This document shows positions 37,851 through 51,039 of a DNA stretch of 64,000 nucleotides, one piece after another. The translations under genes were made by a program, and so were the position numbers. Under the pieces are notes generated by a model. It did no database searches and had not been told where the DNA came from. It was given only the letters and a program-made list of their open reading frames with translations. Each line of letters starts with the position of its first letter. Within the stretch, counting starts at the first letter, position 1. Origin of the DNA: Chiloscyllium plagiosum (taxonomy: Eukaryota); NCBI RefSeq assembly GCF_004010195.1, contig NC_057756.1, positions 1,340,672-1,404,671 of the forward strand. The letters are read 5' to 3'.

Positions 37851-40800
37851 AAATCATTCATACATGTCCTGAGAGGCTATTCACCGCAACAGTATCTATT
37901 TCAGGATAAATGATTTCACGGGAGAGCACGTTGGTTTATTGAAAAGGCAAGCAATCAGATGTTCGCGATCATTCCAATGGACAAGGTGATGGTGCTTGAC
38001 AAAGCAGTCACCAGTCTGCAATTAGTCACATCAATGTAAAAGGTACGAAGTTGAAAGCAGCGAATGCAATAGGTTATTTGAAAAAAATTGCTCACCATAT
38101 GTTGCTTTGCTTCGAAAATATCTTGGAGACTTTACAAGTGAGACGGGAGGGTAGGCATAGGTAAACAATCGCATTTTGCTATTGAAGGGAAGGTCCATGG
38201 GCAGTGAGGAACTGTTTGGATTGATGGATTCGTGATCAGGGATCTGGTTTGCATGGTTGTTATTGAAATGCATTTCATTTCATACACGAAAGCAAGCCAC
38301 ACTTTTCACACAGTTCACTTTGATATGTTATCCTGCTTACCTATTTCTCGAAGAGACTCCCTTAGTTTATAGAGTTCTGCAATATCGAACAAAGCTCATT
38401 ACGGTAAAACACAATGAACAAAAACTCCTTGTCTTTGATATGTCATTTAATTTCAGGTTTCTTCGAGCACGTCGAGAGAATTGAAAGTAAAATAGAAAAG
38501 ATGAAATACTGCACGGAAATTAAAATAAAACTCTTCTCCTATAAGCAGGCCTGTCAATATTCTTGCTAGTCTTTAAAATACTAGTCATATCAATGTATGA
38601 ACAAGTAAGGAAATGTACTTTAACACTTTTAGAGAGAGGATTTGAGGAACAACTCAAGCACATTTTTTTCACAATATTATGTCCATATGGATGGAAATGA
38701 AGAACGATTTAAATTAATTAACGATATAAAGTTGCTGAACTTCAAAACACGAAATGCTATGAGTTAAGCATTACTGTAAAATCACTTGAAAGAAAGGTTC
38801 CATATTACTGCTGTTTAGTTCTGCAAAGAAGTGCTCTTGTTTTTCAGAAATACACAGGATTAGAGGAAGATCTATTGATGGTATTTGGAGTATGAAGATC
38901 GTTTTAGGAAGGCTACCACACATACTCAATATGTGCTATTAACTTTATCTAACTATGGACAACTACAATGGGCTATTGCTGTTAAATTTACCTGAACATT
39001 ACTTGCAGAAAGCCTTTCCAAATTGATACACTTATCACAGTAGAAATAAACAGCTAATTTTACCCATAATACCATTGATAATGATATTACAGCTGTGTTT
39101 GATATTTGATATTTTTGATATCTTTGCCAGCTATCCTCACAATAATGACGTTATCCCAGCTTTCTTCACAAACCATCTTATTGGATATATGTCTATTAGA
39201 TTTTCCTGTACCTTACGTTCTTGCAGAGCATTCACCCTAGCCTGCTGGCTCTGACTTCTAACTGCTTTTTCAAAACCAGATTTTATCTGTCCTGTTGCTC
39301 AACGAGATTTCCTTGCAAACAGACTTTCAATTCCCTCATACAGCATGTTTACGAGGTTTTGGCAAAAGATGCCTGCATAGGCCTAACATATTTATTTATT
39401 GGTTGCAAATTAACAGTAATATTGTAACCAAAGTAGTTTTGAAGAAGAAGATAGATTTAGTTCTCTGGCTTCAAGGGATCAAGTTGTATGGGACGAAAAT
39501 GGAAACAAGATATTGAGTAGGAGGTTCGGCAATAGTCATGATATATGTTGGTGTCGCTTATAAATGCAGAATATCATGATCCTCCTCTCTTTTACTACGT
39601 TTATATAAGTTTTATGTATGACAGTTCAGTGCAAGTATACAGATGGCTAAAATATGTATTTGGAGATTTAGTCATTTTCCAGAGAGGGTAACTTTCAAAT
39701 ACGAGAAAAAAAGTACATCATCATACACTTCAAAAGTTTCACAATTCCCCAGAAATGTTCACAGCGATGGAACCGTTAATGACAATAAAATACGATCTGT
39801 GAATAATTTTCTTACAAAGATATTGTGACGATAAAATTATATCGTAAGACATTGTCCTATGCATTTACTGCTGATGGATTGGTTAGATCATATTAACCAG
39901 TGATAAAGAAAACGCATGCCTTGATTTTATGGCTTTGCAAAATTGAACATAGACCTTAGATATTGGGCAGAATGTTGGTCACATATTTCAGCTGATAGAC
40001 TGCGGTAATGCACTATGGATTGAAAAGTAGATTGAGAAGGAACCGTGTAAAGATAATTCTGATTTAAATGAAGGCAGAAATGTGAGAAGACAAAATATAC
40101 ATCGTACCAATACTATAGAGAACAAGTCACGTTCATTTTTCAAATTCCAATGTTTGGTTTACCTGAGCCCTTTGGAGGAAATTCCTCATCTATAAGCATT
40201 AAACGTTTTCAATTAAGAAGAAAATTTTATATGTCAGAACCCTCATATGAGTAATATATACTCAAAATATGTTAGCATGAAGCTCAAAAGTTACATATAA
40301 ATCACAAAAAAGAGCATATTCATTAATGTAAATGAATAAAAAAACTATAAACGACATAGTGTAGTCGAATCTTTTGAAATTGTATGACAGAACAGATTAG
40401 TTTTTGCCTTAACATCTCAACAAGATAAGACTTTCATTCGTGCAAATCACCGGGAAAACCATTGATAAATGTCACTTTGTATTCTCATTGATGGAGAAAC
40501 AAATGGCTTGCTGTGATGTGTTGGTGCTTAAAGTGGATCAAAATGATTTATGGCTTCTAAAATAATTAAAGTTTCTGCAGCACATGGCAAGGCATGAATT
40601 TTGTTTTGGTTTTCCAAATAGAATGCTCTTGACAGAACGCTATCGATTAATAACATTGAATCCAATGGCCAGATCTCCATTCTAAAGCTAGTGGATAAAG
40701 CTTAACTTCACTACTGTATTGTTATGGATACATGTAGAATGTGCAATTTCTGATCGTCAGTATTGTTTTCTGTAATTAACACATAGTGTGAAGACGAGTG

Positions 40801-42574
40801 TTATGGACCAGGTCAGATACCCTCAAAATATTTCAAAAAGGTAGACCAGACCTACGTTTTCCAGTTGTTTTAGGCATGTGTAGCGTGGATATTCCAGGAG
40901 TGATGCAGTTGATCAGACCACTCAGTTTTAAACAAAACAGAATTTATTTACAGACTACCAAATGAAACACATGTAAATGAGACATTAGAATAATAACTAT
41001 TTGAAAACCCGACTGATACGATGTCTCCTGCAACTTAATGAAGAGTTGTCCTAATTTCCTGCAACATCCTCACAAACACCCCCTGGGAAAAAAGTTAAAT
41101 TCGAACGCAGGTTCTCAAAGGTGATATGTCAGAGAGACAGCCAGAAATCCTCCACTGAATCAGGGAACCTTTCCTGATCAGCAGCTTCAAATTAAATCAA
41201 ACTAGAAATAAAAACCTGAGCTGGAAGAAATGGCCAAGCTCCTTTCATTGTCCATCTGTTTTAAAAAAAAACCCTAAAGGCCTCTTCTGATTGTTGACAA
41301 ATGCAGTGTCTGTTAACCATTCTTAAAGTAACCAGTTCAGACTTGTCGGTACCTCTGGCTTTATGATCCGTCTCAGAAAGAAAAAAAACGGCAAAAAACC
41401 TCGTAAAAGCATCAGCGTAATCACACATCTCCTCTTAAAATTATTTAACACGAATGTCCAAAGAGGACTTTATTTTAAAACCCTTTAGTCTTACCCTGTT
41501 AGTACACTGAAGCACATATACCTTTTATTGACTATAGCAATGCAGACATGCACGACTACATCGTATTTCACTCCAATTACTCCTGACACCAAATGCCTCA
41601 GTTTATCATCTAAGCCCTGACAACGCATCGGCAATCACATTTTCTCATCCTGCCACATGCAAAATTTTCATATTGAATGTGTGTAATAGCAATCACCACC
41701 AAACCAGTCTGGAATATTTTCCTTAAATTTATGCAGAAACTTCAATGGGTTATGAACAGTGTATATGATTGTCTCAAACGCATAACTGGTAGGATAAATC
41801 TTTAAATGTGGTAACATCAATACTAAGCTGAAAGACTCCTTCTCAACTGTCAAATATTTCTGCAGATGAATGTGCAATATCCTAGTGAAATACCCGACAG
41901 ATCTTTTTATCTTTTCGCCCTCATCCTGTGTGAACAAAGCACCAGAATGCACATCATTCGCATCAATAGCCACCTTGAATGACTTTGCATAATTAGGTGC
42001 AGCTAATACTGGTGCAATGGTTAACACAACCTTCAGGCTGTCAAATACCTTCTAACAGTCCACCGTCCTCTGACACTCCTTGCTTTTCTTTAGTAATTCC
42101 GTAAGTGGAGCAACCACACTGCTAAACATTTGGGACGGATTTCTAATAAAACACACTAATTCTCATGAATTCTAGTATTTCTCTTTTTGTCGATGGCATG
42201 GGAAATTTCCCAAATATCTTTGTTTTTGCACTTCGTGAGGCCATTTGTCCATGTCTTACAACATGGCCAAGGAAGTTAAATTTGGTATTGGAAAATTCAC
42301 TCCTAACTAGGTTTATCACCAAGCCAGTCCCTGAAATTGATTGAACAATTCTGATAAATATCGCAAATGTTCCTTCCATTTGTGACTAAAAATCACCAGG
42401 TCACCAATATAGTCTGCACAACTGAGTAATCCGGAAATGATCTTATTGGTTACTCTTTGAAATGTGGCTGGCTCACTTTTCATACCAAACGGCATGACTT
42501 TAAACTGTCACAGTCCATTCAGCATTACAACAGCCAAAATTTTCTTCACTATTTCAGACAAAGGTACCTCCCAG

Positions 42575-42794
42575 GTAAAAACAAGGACTACAAATGCTGG
42601 AAACCAAATTCTAAATTAGAGTGGTGCTGGAAAAGCACAGCCGTTCAGGCAGCATCTGAGGAGTCGGAAAATCGACGTTTCGGGCAAAAGCCCTTCATCA
42701 GGAATAGATGAAGGGCTTTTGTCCGAAACGTCAATTTTCCTGCTCTTCGGATGCTGCCTGAACTGCTGTGTTTTTCCAGCACCACTCAATGTAG
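42575..42794. mobile_element. Penelope-derived palindromic mini-insertion in the RT of element C
   Basis: Arms 42619-42699 and 42707-42787 (8 mismatches in 81 nt, 7-nt loop). TSD aaaggtacctcccag (42560-42574) / aaaggtacctccaag (42795-42809). Confidence 0.88.
42666..42705 (-). ncRNA. Minimal type I hammerhead ribozyme motif (PLE type)
   Basis: AUUC-CUGAUGA-A-GGGC UUUU GCCC-GAAAC-GUC-GAUUUUCC: complete core, 4-bp stem II, loopless palindromic stem III (ACGU), GUC cleavage triplet, weak stem I. Activity not shown. Confidence 0.75.
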
Positions 42795-45700
42795 AAAGGT
42801 ACCTCCAAGTACCGTCTGAGTCAGACTAACATAGAAATATATATTGCTTGTCCCACCTTGTCAATATAGTCTTCCAAACGTGGAATCGTATATGAATCAG
42901 ACTTTGTAACTACATTGACTTTGCGATAGTCCACACATTATGATTGGATAAAATCTGGTTTGGGCATCGTTATTATGGCTGAGCTCAAATCACTGCAACT
43001 CACTTCAATTATGTCGTCTTGGAGCATGAGTTCAATCTCCTTTTTCAACCTGTGCCAACTTTAGCGGTTTACACCTATAAGAATGTTGATTAGTCGAAAC
43101 AGCAGCATTCTGATCTCTACATCATGCAAACTTAGGTTAGTTTTTCCCAGCTTAGTTCCACGTATCCTCGCAAGGGACAGCAATAACTCGTTCATGTCAT
43201 TTCGATTTTCCTTAGAGAGGAAACTCAATAATTTATCCAATGTTTGTTAAATTGTCCAAGTTAATTTGTGGAGTGTCGAATTCTGAATCTGCTGAACTAG
43301 TTTCTACGCTCTATGCTGTAACCAGTAACACAGTCTCGATTTGTTTACCTTCCCTATCAAAATCCATTTAGAGCACATTCACATGTATCATGCTGTGAAA
43401 TTGCTTCCTGTCTGGAGTCCTTTTCAAATAATTCACCTTACTCAATCTACTTTCGTCTTCATAAGATCCATTAAAGGTTCAGCATTGCAAGCTTTTGATT
43501 TATTTTCTGCTTCCTGTTTTATTGTGCGCTGTGATACTTTCAAAAGCTGTCTATTCAATTCCCCCGCTCTACTTAATCGTTCCCTAAAATCTGACACATA
43601 GTCAAAATTTGTGGTTTCCGAATTCTGAATCATTTTGTCATTAATAACATTTAATCATTCTCTGATTTCATGCTCAAAGACCAATTCAAATGAATTGAAT
43701 TTGGTCGATTCATTTGGTGCATTTCTGACCGGAAAAATTACAAATGGACTTCCTTTCTCCCAAACATCTGAACAGTCTTGACTAAGCCCTCAACGTGGTC
43801 TTTAATGTCTGCTGCCAACTTTCTATGGCTTCTTATGATTCTGGATGGTACTCAGTAGATTTGAATTGTTTTATTCTCCAGCTGTTCATAAATTTCTTGC
43901 ATAAGTTTGATGTAAAATTTGACCCTTGATCTGATTGTGTCTCTGTCTATCGTCCATGTCTGTGATATTGCATAATGGAATGGCCTCTTTTTACCTTTTA
44001 ACCTCTGGAAATCTAGTCGACGCATGCATTATTTTTAACAAATACTATTTCCCACCTTTTGCTTTAGGTAGAGGTCCGATGCAATGTAGTAAGACTCTTG
44101 TAAAAAGTTTCAAAAATGTAGGAATAGGTATTAAAGGTGCGGGTTTTATTACTGCCTGTGGTTTTCCTATTACCTAATATGTGTGACTTGTGTAGCAAAA
44201 TTCAATTACATTCTTGAACAGTCCAGGCCAATAAAAACTTTTATTTTGCATTTAACTTGAGTTTTTCTCACCCCTGAATGACCTCCTCGTGGTAGTTTGT
44301 GCACCAGTCCGCAAAACCGCTTTCTTAAATAACCAACTAGCCAAATGACTTAATTAATGTCTGCATATTCCTTATCTGCCTGAATAAGTGAGAGTCTCCA
44401 TTTCTTCATTAAGCCATCATTTTTAAGATAGTAGCATTCAGGGATACAAGCAGATTTATTTCTCATTGTTATGAAGTTGCAAATGTATATTGTACCTTTA
44501 AGAGAGAATGAATGCTCTTTTTCACTGAGAGCTTACCTGGCATATGACAAACTAGCAGTCCCAGAGTGTACTGGAAAGTTTAAAACGTGTAACGTTTGGC
44601 TATGACATCGATACCTGAGTTGATTGTTGTTTGACAACAATTCGAATTTAACCAAACAATTTCAATCATGCTGCAGGATACTAAAATCCAATCGAGTTAA
44701 AACTCCTTGGTTTTACCATCATCGAACCAATGAGATGATGCGATGTTATGGGTATAAAAAATGTGGGATGTTTGCAAGTCAGACAGAGTAACTGCCATCA
44801 GGAGCCATTAAATTAGGAACACTTTCTATCAAATGGATTTTTCGGTATGATGCATATTCACTGCAAAAGAAAGAAGACAACCCAGGGAGATCTTTAGACG
44901 AGAAAAGAAAAACACCAATGATAACAGCTCCGTATGTTTTTAAAATTAAATTGATTCAACTTCTGTAAGTGCTTTATTGGAACAGTATATTATTATCGAG
45001 TTGGAAGCAGATAATAAGCAATTGAAAGAAAGTGGGTTTAGAGTTATTGCAAATTGTAAATTAATATTCACTTTAAAAGCTAAATAACAAATTGATGTTA
45101 TTTTCTTGAAGTAGTGGAATTAGGGAATTCTCTATCACTCATATTTTAAAACATTGCGAGGCAAGGTGAACTTTTCTGGGTGTTTGGTTTAATTAACAGA
45201 GACTTCACCGCCTTGTCATATCATTTTGGAGGTTTTGGTCAATGAATTGGACAGGTTTAGACAGATCCAGTCTGAGATTTGGATAGGTTTGAATAGATTT
45301 GGGATACAAAAGATTGTAACAGATTTAAACACTTGCCGATTAAGGTCCTCTATCTTTAAATAAAATGTAGTTAACACAATGTGGTTAATTGCAGTTACTT
45401 CTCGATGGGTAAACTAAACGTGAGAGAAATGGCTCTTAACATTGCTCCGGGGATTCTCGGATTTGAAGATGATTCTTAACTTTTCAAAGAATGTTTCGGA
45501 AACAGTGAAAACCCATATTTTTATAAGTAGCAAATAGAAAAGAATTGGGTTTAAACAGGGAAAATGTGACAGCTAAAATTGTAACGGAGTTAGTCAAGCA
45601 CTTAGGTGTGTCAGGAAAACAGACAAGTGCAGTCGAGATAGAAAAACATGAAATTACAGTTGCGCAAAATGGAGTTAGAAGCATAAAAAAGGGAAAGAAG

Positions 45701-45890
45701 TGCCATGAGAAAAGAGAGAGAGAAAGAGAGGGACAGGAAAAAGAAAGAGAGAGAAGCTTCTCAGCTGAGAAAAGAGAGAGAGAAGAAAGAGAAATAGAAA
45801 GGGAGAGACAACTTGATATTCATATGTTGCGTATTCGTCACGAAAATCATGTTAACAGGATCAAAATGTAGTGATGTATACATATATGTG

Positions 45891-45992
45891 CCTGTAAAAG
45901 ACTCCTAACAGGGTGACCTCACCTTTCCTATTCCTAACCTCAGCCCAAACTACCTCAGATGGCAAGTCCTCATCCATTGTCCTTTCCACCGC
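45891..45992 (-). mobile_element. Isolated internal CR1 endonuclease fragment between 24-bp direct repeats
   Basis: Encodes AVERTMDEDLPSEVVWAEVRNRKGEVTLLGVFYR. Flanked by tgtagtgatgtatacatatatgtg at 45867-45890 and 45993-46016. Confidence 0.88.
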
Positions 45993-46439
45993 TGTAGTGA
46001 TGTATACATATATGTGAAGGCATTGCCACATTTCGTTTAGAAAGATGTCGAAGTTTTTAAAATTCAATTTTACAAATTTGCTAGGCAGATGGAGTGGTCA
46101 GAGAACATGTAGAGAATGCTAGTTCAGACGAAGCTGGTAGGTAGAGCTGGCGAGGGATGTGCAGCGCTGTCAGATGAGTGTGTCAAGAGATTATGCAGAT
46201 GCCAAACCGGCTATTCTGAGTGCTTATGAATTGGTACCAAAAATGTTTCGACAGCGGTTCAAAAATATAAAGAAGGAATAAGGTCGGACTTATGTTGAGT
46301 GTGAAAGAATTAAACATAGTCATTTTGATCGATGTGCCTGATAGACAGCTGGCCTTAAAAATAGATAAGGCCGATGAGGCTCAAAGAGGCATTAGCGAAA
46401 AGAAGGATCGAAATATGATTATTGCAGCAGAGATGGCAG

Positions 46440-46772
46440 GTGAGGCAACACGGCATATCAGTGGTTAGCACTTTTGCTTCACAGCGCCAGAACCTGGGTT
46501 CGATTCCAACCTCAGGCTTGCGTGCAGTTTGCACATTTTCTATGTGTTTGCGTGTTTTCTATGTGTTTCATCCGGTATGCTTCCACACTCCAAAAACGTG
46601 CAGATTCGGTTAATTGGCCATGCAAAATTTCTCATCGTGTTCAGGGATGTGCATCTTAGTTTCATTAGTTGTGAGTAAATATAGGGGAATGGGTTTTCGG
46701 TGGGATGCTCTTTGGAGGGTCAGTGTGGACTTATTGGGCCAAAGGGCCTGTTTCCACACAGTAAAGATGAAA
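46440..46772 (+). mobile_element. Older HE1 SINE in element D
   Basis: ggcaacacggcatatcagtggttagcact...gggttcgattcc head, degenerate V-domain and gggccaaagggcctgtttccacac tail. Confidence 0.88.
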
Positions 46773-49700
46773 TAATCAATTACAAAATGTGCATCTGGCA
46801 AAATTTAGCTTCCAGCAAGAATCTCATCCTGTGAAGAAGGGGAGATAATGCACTACCGAACAAAGACTCGAGCACAATGGTAATTGTTTATCAGAGGTTA
46901 ACAAAGAAGCCCATGAGGATGAAACAAAGGTGAAAGGCCTCAGCTGTTTCCACTGTGGTAATGTGGTAAAGGTAAAGTGACAGTGCTGGTCGTTAAAAAA
47001 AGACACTTTGGGAAAAGATGTGTTAAAAGAGGCTAAGCCAATAGCTTCAGTGAAAACAGTAACGGAAACCCCAAGCAAAGTCGAGGACCTGCAAAAAATT
47101 CCACAACATGGGCAATAGCTGGGCACTGAGTTATTTCCTGATCTGTATAAAGAGTTCACCTCTGTGGATAAAGTTTACTCAGAAAGAACAGGATGAGAAG
47201 TGAAAGCAGTTATAATTTTGAGGCAAACGGGATCTCATCAGTATCTAACAGTGAGAGATTACCGTATTTGCACTCTTTCTGCCCTGTGAACCGTGACAGC
47301 GATAATTTATTGGATAGGTGGACAGAAATATCGCGTTCCCCTATGTAAGATCAGGTTGGAGTGCCAACCCAAGACTGGGTAAGTAACAGTGGGAGTGATT
47401 GACAGAGTTTCAGTTTCAGGAATACAGTTTTTTTCTTGGGAATTGAGGATTTAAAAGAAAAATATCTTTGAATTTTTCCAGATCATGTAGTAACAAGGTC
47501 CCACTACCATAAATCACAGCACGAAGTAAAAACTAAAGAGAAAAACGAAGGAATTAAGGTTCAGTGAACATACACCCTCTTTGACGTATTGGTGCAGGAA
47601 ATAAAACAGAACAGGCAGAAATATTTAGTCCTGAAAGGCTAATGGACTTACGCCAGAAAGACGAGACAATATAAAGGTATATATCTACATATGTGTGTGT
47701 GTTTGTGTGTGTGTATGTATGTGTGCGTGTGTGTAAAGGCTCTGCGTTTACTGATAAGCTGTTCAAGGAAGCCGTGGATAGCTTAGGGATACTGCACTTT
47801 AAACTAAATGCATATAACCCTGGATCCAAGAGGGCTTTAGAAAGGTCGCATCAGACTCGGAAGGCTATTTTAAGAGTGTTCTGACAGGACGACCCACATG
47901 ATGAGGATAAATGTGTCCCATTCGTATTGTTTGACATTAGAGGTGCCCCAAAGAAATCTACTCAGTTTACTCCCTTTGAGTGAATAGTTGGATATGAAGT
48001 GAGAGGGCCTTTGAATTTAATTAAATAGAAGTTGTCAGGACCAAAGTTAGAGATCTCAATCTTGGATTAAGAGGGAGAGATTAAATCGAGTAGGTCAGTT
48101 AGCTTAACAGCACCTGAAGCGGGCACAGCATAATATGAAACAGCTGGCAGATAAAACAAAATTCTGAAATTTGGACATTTTTCCTTGGGAAGACGTTTTA
48201 GGGTTGTTAACAGTGGTAGTAGATCCCTTCAAAGCTAAGTTTAGTCGTCGCAGGCAAATTGAGATAAAACAAAACAGGTAAATTATCTGGTGAAAATGCC
48301 ATGCCAAAAAAAACTACCGGGTATGTCACGTGAATATGTTGAAATCTTAATATAATAGAGACAGGGAACTGAACAAACCAATGTTAGTAGTTGCCTGCAG
48401 AGTGAGAAGTCAAATCCAGATGTCATGATGTTTGTTATACCTCAAAATACACTAAACAGTGAGGAAATCCTTGAGGAGTGGAATGGATTAGTGACTACCT
48501 CTCGCAGGAGAAAATAACTCAGTTAGATGGTTTGTTGCAGGAGTATGAGAACATATGCAGGAATAAGTTGGGGAGTACTAATACGATTGTCATGAGTTGG
48601 AAGTAGGAAGTGCTGTTTCGACATTCCTACAGACTTAATCCTTTCAAAGCCACACAGGGCCAGAAGGAAGTGGATGCGATGTTCAACGAAAATATACCGA
48701 ACTGAGTCAGAGTGAGTGGGTTTTGCTGGTTGTGTTAGTTCACAAACCTGATGGGACTCATTGATTTTGTGTGGACTACCGTAAAAAAAATCGAACTCAT
48801 ACCCAATGCCAAGATTGAAGGACTGTGTAGACAAACGTACAAAAGCCAGTTACATCACAAGTTTGGACTGACTGCGTGGTTATTGGGGTGTATTTTTATC
48901 AGCGAAAGCATAACACGTTTCTGCATTTATCACCCCGAATGGGCTGCATCAATTCAAAGTGAAGTCGTCTGGAATGAAGACTGCAGCAGGCACATCCCAA
49001 AGACTCATGAGCAGAGTTGTAGATTTATTAACAAACTTTACAGTATATCTGGATGATATAGTGCTCTTTAGCGACCACGTGTTTCAGTTGACAGTGCTCT
49101 CTGAACAATTACGAGAATCAAAATTGGCAATAAACTTAAAGAAAATGGAATATGCGAAGGCAGAGGTGATGTTATCAGGACATAACATCGGTCATGGAAG
49201 GTTGATCCCAAAGGAAAGTTAAGACAAAGGCCATTGAAGAATTTCCACGGCCATCCTAAAAAAAAGTTGTACTTCGAATGTTGTGAATAAGCAGATTCTA
49301 CTGGAAGTTTGTTCCAAATTTCAGCAGCGTTGTGGTACTGCTAGCACATTTATTGAAGAATAATACAATATTTTCGTGGGCAAAAGAATTCCAGGAGGTA
49401 GTTGAGAATTAAAAGCTGTATTAACGACTTCACCAGTTTTAATTACACCAAATTTTTTGAAACACATTAAAGTTGCAATCGATGTTGCCGATATAGGTGT
49501 ACTGTTAGAGGAAGATGATGATGGAGTTGAGTGGCCAATTGACTACTTTTCAACGAAATGCAACACCCACTGCTGTAAATCCTCTACCAACAGAAATGAA
49601 TGATTGAATTTTGCACTGGCCTTACGACACTTTAATATTTATGTGTCAAACAATGTGTCAGAGATAATTGCATACTCGGGTCACAATCTTTTAATATTCT

Positions 49701-51039
49701 TAGAACTATTTAAACACAATAACATGAGACTGTTTCATAGGAGTCTTATGTTACAGACTTTTAATTTGCAAGTTGCACATGTTGTGGGATACAAAAATGT
49801 GATAGCAGATGCGTTATCGTGGTTCTAAAGGGTAAAGTATGAACAAACTCCATTGTTATATATAATGTGTGTATAGATGTTAATATGAGCGAAGATTAAT
49901 ATCCTAATTACTTCATTATAATGGGATTAAGAAATAGAAAAATAAATGAAACTAACTTTTCATTATGATGTTTTTTTAAAGGGGAGGTTTTGAAGTTGAA
50001 GTCATGTAATGTATCTTTAAGAGAAAGTGAATGCTATTTTGTAGTGAGAGACTACAAGCACCTATCAGATGACTAACAGGCCAAGAGTATACTGTAAAAT
50101 TGAAAATATGTAACAGTTGGCTGTGAAATTGATACCCAAGTTATTTGCTGTTTTGACAACAAATCGAATTTAACCAGTCTGCTTAAATTATGCCCCAGGA
50201 AACTAAATCCAATGGACTTTAATTTTTTTTGCTTTTCCCAAAATGGAACAATGAGGATCTGTTGTTGAGGGTATAGAAAAAGCAGGCAGTTTGAAAGTTA
50301 GGCAGAGTAACTACTATTGGCAGAGTAACTGCTACTGAGACTGTAATCGAGAACCAAGAAATTAGGAACAGTTTCTATCAAAAGTACCCTTTCATGTGAT
50401 GACTATTCACAGTAAAAGAAACAAGACGAACTAGGGAGATCTTCAGATGAAACAAGAACGACACCGATGATGACAGCACCATATATAGATGATAAACCGT
50501 TGGGGTGGGGGGGGGGGGTGGGGTGGGGGGGGGGAGGGTGGGGGTGGAGGCGTTAAGTTGTGAAAAGTTGTTGCTTAATGTTCATTTTTGTTATTATTTT
50601 CTTTAAATGGTGGAACCTGGGAGTTCTCTTTCACTCATATTTTAAAGATTATGAAGCGATGTGAACTTTTCTGGGTGTTTGGTTTAATTAACAGAGGTGT
50701 TTACTGCTGTCTTCTCTGCTCTTCACTGGACATTCTAACCTCACTTTACAAAATTGAGCACTTCATGTCTCATTGTGAAATCTACTTCCCAGCACTGTTA
50801 TTCCACTGTCCTTCGAAGGTATGTAAGTCTGCATTTTTTTTTCAAAATCAACGATGGAGGCAATCCTGCATCTCTTAATATTGTAACCGCTTAACCTGTT
50901 TTGCCTGGCCTCTGTGAAGTAAACTTTACATTTGCAAATGCATAATTTAATGAGATCTGGCACTTCATCCCTAACTAACTCTGGTCAGGTTGTACATTCT
51001 GGTGCAGCTTTTTAGTCTACACTATGCTTTCCATTATCA

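Larger units (their letters stand above)
40799..44466 (-). mobile_element. Gmr1-like Ty3/Gypsy element C (IN-RT-RNase H-3' LTR), 5' part missing
   Basis: LTR 40799-41425 (TG...CA), PPT 41426-41440. RNase H ORF 41668-42027 (APVLAAPNYAKSFKVAIDA). RT YIGDLVIFS near 42400. IN motifs SDQGSNF near 43920 and STEYHPES near 43850. Confidence 0.92.
44467..50712 (+). mobile_element. Near full-length decayed Gmr1-like Ty3/Gypsy element D (LTR-gag-PR-IN-RT-RH-LTR)
   Basis: LTRs at about 44467-45220 and 49988-50712, PPT aaaggggagg 49978-49987. Gag 45430-46400. IN FTDKLFKEAVDSLGILHFKLNAYNPGSKRALERSHQT near 47745. RT VYLDDIVLFS at 49043. RNase H ORF 49604-49828. Confidence 0.93.

Noticed and set aside
38096..38273. 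ATG-initiated minus-strand frame ending at a G/GTGAGC donor
   Set aside because: No recognisable protein and no phase-compatible downstream exon found; cannot be supported without transcripts.
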